Shown: piece after piece, positions 22,095 through 30,714 of the stretch | Position numbering within the stretch: position 1 is the stretch's first letter | Layout: each line of letters begins with the position of its first letter | Virus record (IMG/VR): IMGVR_UViG_3300042564_002756 | Location: 62,001-126,000 of that record | From: an uncultured virus (IMG/VR IMGVR_UViG_3300042564_002756) | Lineage: Duplodnaviria; Heunggongvirae; Uroviricota; Caudoviricetes | Reading direction: 5' to 3' (one strand) | Length of the DNA: 64,000 nucleotides | Program-made: the position numbers and the translations under genes | Notes under the pieces: model-generated | The model's input: only the letters and a program-made list of their open reading frames with translations | Told to the model about the DNA's origin: nothing | Databases searched by the model: none

Positions 22095-22136
22095 GCAAAA
22101 ACTCCTTTTGCGGTATCAATGATCCTCTCTGGATCA
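22095..22136 (-). promoter_or_regulatory. tandem-hairpin 5' leader, copy 3 (oxygenase-like gene)
   Basis: TGATCC-AGAGA-GGATCA, 8 nt, GCAAAA-GGAGT-TTTTGC, ATC, ATG. Confidence 0.8.
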
Positions 22137-22284
22137 GATGCTTATTTATTAATTTGCTTTACAGATGCGAACCATCCAACGGTAAAAACCGAATTTTCGG
22201 CTTTGACTGACTTTAGCACCTTGAGAAAGAATAAAGTCACGGTCGATATTCATCTTACGTAGAGGCATGTGTTGTTCCTTTTCA

Positions 22285-22325
22285 CCTTATAGAATCAGTA
22301 TAAACTATTCAGGTGGTACTGTCAA
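22285..22325 (-). promoter_or_regulatory. phage early promoter cassette, class 1
   Basis: TTGACA-17-TATACTGATTCTATAAGG. Confidence 0.85.
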
Positions 22326-22630
22326 CCCTTCTTTTCACAATCGGGATAAGTACAATGCAAATTATGTAAAGGGCAGTTACCGTTTTCATCTTTGTTTGGA
22401 CATATTGACTCTGTTTCTTCTAATAGACTAATGAGTCGTTCAGCACCTGCTTTTGCATCAGCTGCCATTACATCAGGTGAATATCCAAGCAGATATGCAG
22501 CAACCATGGCACCATAAAGGGAAGCAAGAAGATCATCAGCATCTTTACTATCTTCAAGTTGTTGCAGCCATTCCTGTAGGTGAATGGCTGCATTATTATT
22601 GATTTTCTTTACTCGTTCATCTTCACTCAT
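22322..22630 (-). CDS. hypothetical protein with a C-terminal Cys/His cluster
   Basis: ATGA overlap with thg1; CPxxxxxxxCPLHNLHCxxPxC. Confidence 0.6.
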   Translation of the reverse strand: MSEDERVKKINNNAAIHLQEWLQQLEDSKDADDLLASLYGAMVAAYLLGYSPDVMAADAKAGAERLISLLEETESICPNKDENGNCPLHNLHCTYPDCEKKG

Positions 22631-23406
22631 TTCACATATCCTACTCTCTGGTCAAGTGTATAGTCACCAAAGAACACAAGATCAAGTTCTTGAATTTTAG
22701 TTCGTTTAACAAGAACATCAGCATCTGGACGTTTATGTTCTGGTATCTTCATAAGTTCTGCTTGAGTCAAATATGACTCAACAGTAACTGGCTTTGCATA
22801 AGTGCCATACTTATATTTGTTTGGAAGCTCGGCCCAATCAGTAAAATAGTCAGACTTAAGAAGTGCTTTCATTTCTTCACCTGATAGACCGTGCATCTTC
22901 GAATGACCCACAGTCCAACGAAATAGTGATGAAATACTGTTCTTTCGAGCATCTTGAACACGCCACAAAAGTACGTTTGATGCTTCGGCAAGGTCAGGAA
23001 CAGCCCATGCACGGCAGTCAAAGAAAGCAGGTTTATCCATCTTTACACACTCAGAAAGAGTGGCATTAAAATGGAATGTTGCCATAGATGCAAGGATCGA
23101 GTTGATCTTTGATACTTTACCACCGAACATATATTCAGATGACTTCTCACCTGGTGTGTAGATCAATGTGATTTCGTCCGATTGTGTATACCCAATACTT
23201 GCATGAGTGTACTTGACAAGGTTCATCATAGTGTTGACCATGACACCACCAAGGATATCATCGAATGGCTTCTTGAAACCTTTTGTGAATTTACTGAAAC
23301 CTTTGCCGTCGATCCGAACACAAAGGATCTTATCAATTGGTACATAAGCTTCTGTATATTCGTGTTCGTGTGCTTTCATCCTGTCGCCAAATTCATCGTT
23401 TTTCAT
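22627..23406 (-). CDS. thg1: tRNA(His) guanylyltransferase Thg1-like protein (3'-5' polymerase)
   Basis: DRMKAHE, VRIDGKGFSKFT, KPFD, YTQSDEI, FGGKVSK, FDCR, WRVQDARKNS. Confidence 0.92.
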   Translation of the reverse strand: MKNDEFGDRMKAHEHEYTEAYVPIDKILCVRIDGKGFSKFTKGFKKPFDDILGGVMVNTMMNLVKYTHASIGYTQSDEITLIYTPGEKSSEYMFGGKVSKINSILASMATFHFNATLSECVKMDKPAFFDCRAWAVPDLAEASNVLLWRVQDARKNSISSLFRWTVGHSKMHGLSGEEMKALLKSDYFTDWAELPNKYKYGTYAKPVTVESYLTQAELMKIPEHKRPDADVLVKRTKIQELDLVFFGDYTLDQRVGYVK

Positions 23407-23882
23407 GTCTTGCTACTTCTTTCACAACTTCAATAAAATTATCCCATGTTAATTCTTCTCTGGTTATATTAATTTTCCTACCCTTATGAGAATCATTGGG
23501 CTCCAGTGTCACCCAAAAACAATCTATATCATTTTGTGACAAATGTAAAGGGAAAAATCCAAGTTCTCGAACCTTTGTTCTAAGATCTTCTAGAATATCT
23601 TCTCTTCGTCCAAAGTGACCTGGATCAAAACTTTCAATTGTCTGCTTTAGATTCATCTTTTGATTTCCAGTTAAGTTTAAACAACTTTGCAAGCATCCAT
23701 GCACTTCCGATAATAATAATAGCAGGGACTGTAATGAACCAAAGCATAGCAAACATAAACACCATGAAAAGTCCAAGTATTGTATCTTCAGTTAATGGAT
23801 ATTTCTTTTTATTTTGGTGGACAAATACAAAAATACTTCCGACAAGCATTGTAAGTGCAAACATAATAGCATAGATACTCAT
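23393..23882 (-). other. two short ORFs (about 23393-23656 and membrane protein 23634-23882)
   Basis: Tiled ORFs; the second has hydrophobic segments. Confidence 0.55.
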
Positions 23883-24505
23883 TACAAATCTCCTTTTAGA
23901 ATACGGGCTAGATTCATGGTAGATACGATACCTCGCATCACTTGTTTGTAAAATTCACGATGATCTGGATCAGTTTCCATGTTCTTTTGAACTCGATCAT
24001 ATAGACCACCCATGAACTTGATGTTGTTATCTACAAATGTGACTTCATTAATATTATAGAGGTTCATTGATTCATCCATAATAGATTGAAAATTGTAGAA
24101 GGTATCAAGTGGACTTGTCAATGCATGAAGGTCTGCACGAATGATAGCAGAAGAATTAACTACACTTGCATGAACAGCATGATCGGTGGTCCGCATAATC
24201 AGACTGTAAACCTGAGCTTGTGTCGAAGGACTCAATTCACATCCGCTATACTCAGAAACCATTTTAACAAAAATCTTAGCAGATCTAAGTTCTTTTTCCG
24301 GCAATGCGTCATACACAATATCATGAAATAGAACAGCCCAATCAAGAGCTTCATCATAAGGTTCGTCGGTTTTGTGTAGATACTCGTACATAGCAAGAAC
24401 ATGACATCCATTGTGGTATTCGCAATCAGAATAATCTAGAATATCCCAGGCGGCGCTTCCAAGTTCCGTATCTGCAATTTTGGTCCAGTTCATGTAATAA
24501 CCCAA
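23882..24505 (-). CDS. HD-domain metal-dependent phosphohydrolase
   Basis: YHNGCH, VLFHDIVYD, E-x-RSA, TTDH, ADL. Confidence 0.8.
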   Translation of the reverse strand: MGYYMNWTKIADTELGSAAWDILDYSDCEYHNGCHVLAMYEYLHKTDEPYDEALDWAVLFHDIVYDALPEKELRSAKIFVKMVSEYSGCELSPSTQAQVYSLIMRTTDHAVHASVVNSSAIIRADLHALTSPLDTFYNFQSIMDESMNLYNINEVTFVDNNIKFMGGLYDRVQKNMETDPDHREFYKQVMRGIVSTMNLARILKGDL

Positions 24506-24825
24506 TCATTTTTGTTAATAACATCCGTAGCATCAACTTCATCCAAAGTTTGGAAATGCGGTGCCAGTTTTTCTTCATACTGTTTTGCGACACTCATGCC
24601 ATATGAACTTGCGCCATATGTATCTTTATGACACGCATATGTGGAACCACTAGAACCAATGAAGAGATAATAATCATCTTCTTCAATCAGTTTAGTAATC
24701 CCGCTATTCATACGCCAGCTGTCACTGCCACCGTATCCACCATACCAAGATCCAAAGACTCGGTAGTGTGGATCTTTACCAGTAATCTTGATAATCATCC
24801 ACTTATCTGGTTGATAGTAACTCAT
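24490..24825 (-). CDS. conserved phage hypothetical protein
   Basis: YQPDKW...SWYGGYGGSDSWRMNSGIT...GSSGS pattern recalled from phage proteins. Confidence 0.7.
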   Translation of the reverse strand: MSYYQPDKWMIIKITGKDPHYRVFGSWYGGYGGSDSWRMNSGITKLIEEDDYYLFIGSSGSTYACHKDTYGASSYGMSVAKQYEEKLAPHFQTLDEVDATDVINKNDWVIT

Positions 24826-25511
24826 GGTTTACCTCTCTTTCGTTGCATCTCTGGCCACGTAACTTCCAATGTTTCCATATCTACGTCAATGTAGCTGAGT
24901 TCATTTAGGCAAATGAAGCGCGTTCCATCAATCACCTCGTCTGCATCGCAGTGCCAGTGGCCAAAAATGTGAAGTTTTGGTTTATGAATTTCAAACATCG
25001 TTTCAAATGCCGAACCTGTTCTAGTACGATATTGAGCACCAGATAGTGATTTATTCCGTTCAATAAACAACTTGTTTGAAACTGAAAGCGGACAATCGTG
25101 AGTCACCATCACTCGAGGCTGAACAGTTTCATAGATCGAGATCAGTCGATTAAATTCTTCATATGAAAGTTCTTCATCTTCAAATAGATCAATACCTTTT
25201 GTGCGCCATTGATAATCAATAGACCAAGCACCGCCAATAAACATCACGTCATTTTGAATAGTACCATCTTTAATCCATGGCAGCATTTCTCGGCACTGAG
25301 CAGGATTATCGTGATTACCACGGATGAAGTGGCCATTCACTCGAATTAACATATCTTCGAGTGACTCATGCCAAAAATCACCTTGACCCATGCCGACATT
25401 CATGTCACCGACTTGGATCACAGTATTGACATCATTGGGAATATTGTCTAGTACAAGACTCAACTCATATTTGTAACCGTGTACATCACCAATAAACCTA
25501 GTTTTAGCCAT
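24822..25511 (-). CDS. calcineurin-like metallophosphoesterase
   Basis: GDVHG, QVGD, RGNHD, VTHDCP, FGHWH. Confidence 0.9.
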   Translation of the reverse strand: MAKTRFIGDVHGYKYELSLVLDNIPNDVNTVIQVGDMNVGMGQGDFWHESLEDMLIRVNGHFIRGNHDNPAQCREMLPWIKDGTIQNDVMFIGGAWSIDYQWRTKGIDLFEDEELSYEEFNRLISIYETVQPRVMVTHDCPLSVSNKLFIERNKSLSGAQYRTRTGSAFETMFEIHKPKLHIFGHWHCDADEVIDGTRFICLNELSYIDVDMETLEVTWPEMQRKRGKP

Positions 25512-26314
25512 TCTTTTTCTCTTTCAAGTAAACATAGACTGTGTTCATTGAATTACTATGCGCTGGTCCTGCAAAGTTCCACTGAACGTGATCAACCCAC
25601 CCGCCTGCTTTATCACCGTCGACAAATTCACCAACTCGTGGGATGTGAAAAGGATCATCAATGTAAAATTTATTATCAGAAACTCCATTCTGATCAATTT
25701 CTATAACCCACATACGAAGTTTCATTTGATTCAGACTCATTTGATTCTCTCCATTGATATAGAATCAGTATATACTATTCTTCGAAAACTTCGACCCTAT
25801 CACTAAAGGTCTCGACCATTTCCAAAACCTCAAGTAACCGATTTGGCAGGTTTAACAGGCTTGTTAGCCTTGCGGAACTCGCGGCGGCGCCGCGCAACCA
25901 ATTCGCGAGTAGCACGGGGAGATTCGTTGCCTGGTGCCAAGAAAGGTTGGAAAACAGTTGCTCCTTTATTACGAAGGAATTCGTCAATCAGATCGCGGGA
26001 CTCAGGTGTAATATCGTCGCGGCCAGTTTGAGGTTGTGCCATGGGGTATTTCCTTTTGTTGTATTTTCGATATATTATATATATCAGGTTCTGTAGGTAT
26101 TGTCAACCGATTCTTTTGGTACTACGAGTTTTTATTTTACAAGTCCTTGGTCTAACCAATCCATCATTAAAATTTTGAGGTCCTCAATTGATTGACATTC
26201 GAGGACCTCTTGTATTCGTTTTTCTTTTTGAATTAGTTCACGTTGTTCTTTTATGATCTCGCGAACTTGACTTGGTGTCAGACCGATTTCTCTGCCTTTT
26301 GCAATCAAGTTCAT
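25504..26314 (-). other. short hypothetical ORFs (25504-25740, 25830-26042, 26132-26314)
   Basis: Minus-strand ORFs with RBSs. Confidence 0.55.
25758..25779 (-). promoter_or_regulatory. class 1 cassette with a degenerate -35
   Basis: ATAGTATATACTGATTCTATA present; no TTGACA at the expected position. Confidence 0.55.
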
Positions 26315-26814
26315 TAGATCTTGTTTCCATAGATATCATACAGATGAACCTCATCAAATCCTTCACCAAGAGTCGGTTCAACATATGAATCAGCCATGGT
26401 TTCAATGATATGCATTGGAATGATCTTACCAGGACGTGCACCTAGACGAATACCAAGTTCAAGCCATTCATCTCCAGTCTGTGGAGGTACACGACAGATA
26501 CAGATTTTCCGATACGACTTTGGAAACTTCGACAGGATACCAAGGCGCTTCTTGGAAGACATGTTTGTCTGGTCGATTATGACATCTTTGCCTTTTTGTA
26601 TAGCAAAACCAAGAAGACTATTACAGGCGGCTGTAGCAGCCTTGATAGTATGTGCAAATTCTTCATTGTAAGATGTACCCATTCGTCTAGCTACATCTTC
26701 AATATAATTATCGGTGCTGTAAATAAAACCATCAAAATCTTCAGGAATAGAAGTAGACTTGCCTGAACCAGGCAGACCAACGAGAACAGTTAAAGTAGGC
26801 ATTGTTAACTCCAA
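26314..26814 (-). CDS. stand-alone polynucleotide kinase-like P-loop protein (Pnk kinase domain)
   Basis: GLPGSGKST, STD, VIIDQTN, R..RPGKIIP, EPTLGEGFD. Confidence 0.8.
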   Translation of the reverse strand: MELTMPTLTVLVGLPGSGKSTSIPEDFDGFIYSTDNYIEDVARRMGTSYNEEFAHTIKAATAACNSLLGFAIQKGKDVIIDQTNMSSKKRLGILSKFPKSYRKICICRVPPQTGDEWLELGIRLGARPGKIIPMHIIETMADSYVEPTLGEGFDEVHLYDIYGNKI

Positions 26815-27091
26815 TCCATATCAATTTCTTCAGTTTGCGAACCGGGTGCATAAACGACACCATTCATGCTGATAGTACCCGGACCTATCCATGTCCAATT
26901 CATACCTGAGCGCCAGGTATTTTTTTCTGACATGCCAACCACTCGTAAGTCACCAATAGCAAGGGAGTGAGCAGAATATGATGCGTCAATTACAGCAACA
27001 ATTTCACCCGCAAGCAGTCTTTGCCTCGCATCTTCAACTTGTTTGACTTTTTCGTCATGCGACATAAGTTTCAGCATTTCTGTTTCCTCTA

Positions 27092-27132
27092 CCTTATAGA
27101 ATCAGTATAAACTATCTAAGAGATAATGTCAA
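27092..27132 (-). promoter_or_regulatory. phage early promoter cassette, class 1
   Basis: TTGACA-17-TATACTGATTCTATAAGG. Confidence 0.85.
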
Positions 27133-27594
27133 CTTGTTTGTTTGATAAATTCTTCATCAACAATACGAGTCATATTGATTCATCCAACCAAAATGGTATC
27201 TTTCCAGACTGACCAGTAACCTAGACCAAGTTCTTTTTGAAACCGAACATCTGGGCCGTGAACCGACCCCTTAAACATTTCCTTTCCGACTTCTGCTGAA
27301 GTGACAGCTAATGGGCAGGAAGGATCAGCGGCGAGAATACAAATATAATGAAGTTTTTTATTTGAATTTTTATCCCAAAACTTTCATATAATCACGACTC
27401 CAAGCATGGAGAGTTTGAAGAAGTGCATGGTATGTCCCGCACTTGATCTTTTTGCCGGACTCTTTGTGGATACCAATCCACCCGTTGCATGTGTACATTG
27501 TCCACTCTTTTTTGAGTTCATCGACAAGTTCAGCGGTAGGTTTGAAAACAGTGAAACCGGTCATATTGGGGTTATTCATTTGAGGTTCCTTTCA

Positions 27595-27635
27595 CCTTAT
27601 AGAATCAGTATAAACTATTCTAATGCAAATGTAAA
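27595..27635 (-). promoter_or_regulatory. phage early promoter cassette, class 1
   Basis: TTTACA-17-TATACTGATTCTATAAGG. Confidence 0.8.
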
Positions 27636-28211
27636 TAGTAAAAATTATCTTTTTGCTATTTTGTTTCCTCGAAGAAACCCCAAGTTGTTGATCTAGTATC
27701 TTTTTTTAAGTTGTTCCAAGACTTTCAGCAGAATTTCTCTGTCTTTGTAAGATCCGGTTCTGTTGATTAGTTGTTCTAATTCTTGGATGAGTGACATAAA
27801 GAATCTCCTTGTGCTCCAGAAGATTATTTATCTTCCACGGTCGAGTTTCAGTTGTTCAATACGGGCTTCAGCCTCTTCTCTACTATAGAACCATTTTTTT
27901 CGGTCTATATCAAAGATATCAGTTTCATCATACTCTGGATAAATTTGGCCATCAGAGTGTTTAAAATGATACTCTGTTTGTTTATCTTCATCGAATCGGA
28001 CATCACCTCTTGCGATAAATGTTACCTTACCGCAATATGTGATTTCTTCAATTTCGTAAGTAAACCGATCCCTATCATAGCGATACCATTCAATTCCATC
28101 TGTATCAATCATCGTGATTCGTTTTTGAGCAAAGACGTGATTATCTTCTTTGACAACATATACCTTATCACCAAATTTAAGTTCTTTTAACTTAATCATT
28201 TATTTCTCCAT

Positions 28212-28240
28212 ATGTCCCATCGGTTAAACCGATGGGACAT
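28212..28240. repeat. perfect 13-bp inverted repeat downstream of clpP
   Basis: ATGTCCCATCGGT-TAA-ACCGATGGGACAT. Confidence 0.8.
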
Positions 28241-28248
28241 TTGTCAAT

Positions 28249-28935
28249 TTATTCTTGAGTTTCTTTTGCTTTTCGTCTTGATTTAAATTTTGGTTTCTCT
28301 TCGGGTTCTTTATCAACTTCTTCAGTTGATTCTTTATTCTTTTCTTTTTCTTCTTCTGCATCCAGAATTTCTTGTCTAGACTTAAGTCTTTTAATTACAT
28401 CAGTCCCATCCATCCAGATGTCTTTGTTTTCTAGCATTGATGTAATTTCTTCGTCGGTAAGAAAATGCTTGTATATATCACGTAATAGATTTTCAGACCA
28501 TGCACGTTCGTGTTTCAGCTGGTCAAACATTTCACCACCTTTACCGAATACACCACTTGAATAGTTATGGAACATAAACATAGAATGTTCGGATATTTCA
28601 AATGTTTCACCACAGAGCATAATCATTGTTGCAGCTGAGGCACATAGACCTTCAACTGAAATAACTATATTTGCTGATGTTTCTCTCAATGCTCGCATAA
28701 ATTGAATTGCTGTAAATACATCGCCACCATGCGAGTTGACATATATTTTAATTACATCATTTTCTCCAGCGTGACGAATAGTATCAAACCATTGAATGTA
28801 ATTTTCCGAAGATTCAATATCTCCACTCAAATAAAATTCGTGGATATTTACCAATTGCTTATGGAATGTTCTATCGTCTTGTTTTACACCTTTACCTAGT
28901 AAGATGTCCATAAGATCTAATTTATTGGCTTTCAA
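28249..28935 (-). CDS. clpP: ClpP-like serine protease subunit
   Basis: YLSGDI, YVNSHGGDV, GLCASAAT (Ser), FMFHN (His), KDIWM (Asp). Confidence 0.85.
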   Translation of the reverse strand: MKANKLDLMDILLGKGVKQDDRTFHKQLVNIHEFYLSGDIESSENYIQWFDTIRHAGENDVIKIYVNSHGGDVFTAIQFMRALRETSANIVISVEGLCASAATMIMLCGETFEISEHSMFMFHNYSSGVFGKGGEMFDQLKHERAWSENLLRDIYKHFLTDEEITSMLENKDIWMDGTDVIKRLKSRQEILDAEEEKEKNKESTEEVDKEPEEKPKFKSRRKAKETQE

Positions 28936-29630
28936 TTATTATTCTCCTTTTTATTCCAATAGTCTGTAGGCATATTGGTCCATTGTGTAGACCAGTAGAT
29001 AGTAAAAAAGTATAGATTTAGTTGAGCATGTGGACAATCATACCAAAACTTGTGAAGTCCAAAGTTAGGTAAACCAAAAACTTTACGAACATGTGTATCA
29101 TTTTCAAATTCACGATATGCATCTCGCATATCTTTATCCATCAACCCCCAACGGAAGTAATAGAAGTAGTGGTTGGTTCCAAGAGTTTTCTCAGATTGCC
29201 ACCATTCAATTCCCGTCCAGTCGAGTTTAAATTTCCAAGGATACTGTTTCATTATCAATTCCCTTAAAATATAATTCATATGCAGATGGGCATACATCGC
29301 ATTCTTTGCCGTCAACTTCGCCATATCCGCCATTGCAAGTATTATTTCCGCATTTACCGCAGATTACAACCTCGTGGTCGCAGAGACTACAATGTATCCA
29401 ATAATGTTTATCTGTCATTGATCTTCCATCCAAAATTTTTTGCAATCTGGGCACCTAAATTCAATCCAATAGCAATCGGAACTTCGATCGTAATTTCCAC
29501 TGCTACCATCTTTCTTCTTGCTTACATTCGGATGAGGACACAGATTCTGAAGAATTGTTTCTTCAGTATCCCATTTCAGTTGATTTTTAGTAATTGTTGC
29601 AAGTTTACGTCTTACTTGTGCTGGTGTCAT
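28932..29630 (-). other. short hypothetical ORFs, two of them Cys-rich (28932-29251, 29227-29454, 29415-29630)
   Basis: Tiled ORFs with CxxC motifs. Confidence 0.55.
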
Positions 29631-29881
29631 GTTTCATCCCATACTCTTTCACAGATCTTACATTTACATTCTGTATATTGCAGGAAACCACCGCCTGAAG
29701 TACATTCACTAATTGATTTTCGTTCAACATTAGAACTTATAATACTACGAATTGTATGTGCTACATTCCAGCATTCACATCTTTCTTTATTCATTTTCTA
29801 TCAAACTCACTTGGATTGAATGCAGCAATCAATACAATTATAACAATAGTAACAAATATAGAACTTATCATAGTCACCTCT

Positions 29882-30316
29882 TTAAAATAATTTTGTTATA
29901 TCATCTCGGACAGACATTAGGATTTTACCTAATTCATTGCGGCCTGTCCCGAGAGGTGACTGTCCCCAAAATTTGTCACCCCAGGTATTCCCTTCAATCA
30001 ACTCGTATGATCTTGTTTCTTGGAGTAATTTCATTAAATTTGCATTCTGGTCAAATTTTGACTCTACTATATTCTTCATGATAGAAACTTTAATAGAGTC
30101 CCAGTTGGATTTTAATTTCAAAGTTCTCCCGAACCGTTTTACATCAGAAGTATTTGGTATTTCTGATATTGCTATTTTTTGAAGTTGATTGTCAGTCTTT
30201 GCTGCGACATACGCGTGTTCAGAAGAAGGATATTCAATACCTTCATATGAGACATTACACGGATAGAAATTTGAAAGAAACCTAAAAGAACCAGAAAATG
30301 ATGTTATTTTAGCCAT
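29882..30316 (-). CDS. NADAR-family protein (ADP-ribosyl/N-glycosidase)
   Basis: FLSNFY, YPSSEHAYVAAK, KRFGR, W..IKVSIM, KFDQN, LIEGNTWGDKFWG, GRNELGKILMSVR. Confidence 0.92.
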   Translation of the reverse strand: MAKITSFSGSFRFLSNFYPCNVSYEGIEYPSSEHAYVAAKTDNQLQKIAISEIPNTSDVKRFGRTLKLKSNWDSIKVSIMKNIVESKFDQNANLMKLLQETRSYELIEGNTWGDKFWGQSPLGTGRNELGKILMSVRDDITKLF

Positions 30317-30714
30317 GTAATCCTTTTGCCTTCATTCACTCGGCGCTGATATTCTTCTTCGGAACCAGGATATCTCCAACCCCAAATTGCAACAAGTAAC
30401 ATAAAAATACCAGAACCAAGAATAGCAGCAATATTACCAGTAGTAAACCACATAATGATAAGTGAAGAGGTCATTGTTGCAATCATGAAATATTTGAATT
30501 TAGTAGGGAAAATTTTCTTCTCTTGCCAACCAATAAGGAATGGGCCGAAAATCTTATGTGAATATATCCACTTATGCATACGGTCACTCGATTTAGCAAA
30601 GCAAAAGGCTGCTCCAACCGCTGGTGTACTCCAAGGAATACCTGGGAGCACCACACCAGCATATGCAACAGCCAATAAAAATATTCCTAAACTAAACCAC
30701 AGTATCTTTTTCAT
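30304..30714 (-). CDS. ybaN: YbaN/DUF454 family inner-membrane protein
   Basis: GVVLPGIPWSTP..AAFCFAKSSDRMHKW...FGPFL..W. Confidence 0.85.
   Translation of the reverse strand: MKKILWFSLGIFLLAVAYAGVVLPGIPWSTPAVGAAFCFAKSSDRMHKWIYSHKIFGPFLIGWQEKKIFPTKFKYFMIATMTSSLIIMWFTTGNIAAILGSGIFMLLVAIWGWRYPGSEEEYQRRVNEGKRITWLK

Larger units (their letters stand above)
26805..28199 (-). other. short hypothetical ORFs (26805-27077, 27370-27579, 27828-28199)
   Basis: Behind class 1 promoters or with RBSs. Confidence 0.55.

Noticed and set aside
19736..22136. The leader hairpins as intrinsic terminators or NrtR DNA operators
   Set aside because: No U-tails; loops are conserved while stems vary and include a G-U pair, which favours an RNA structure.
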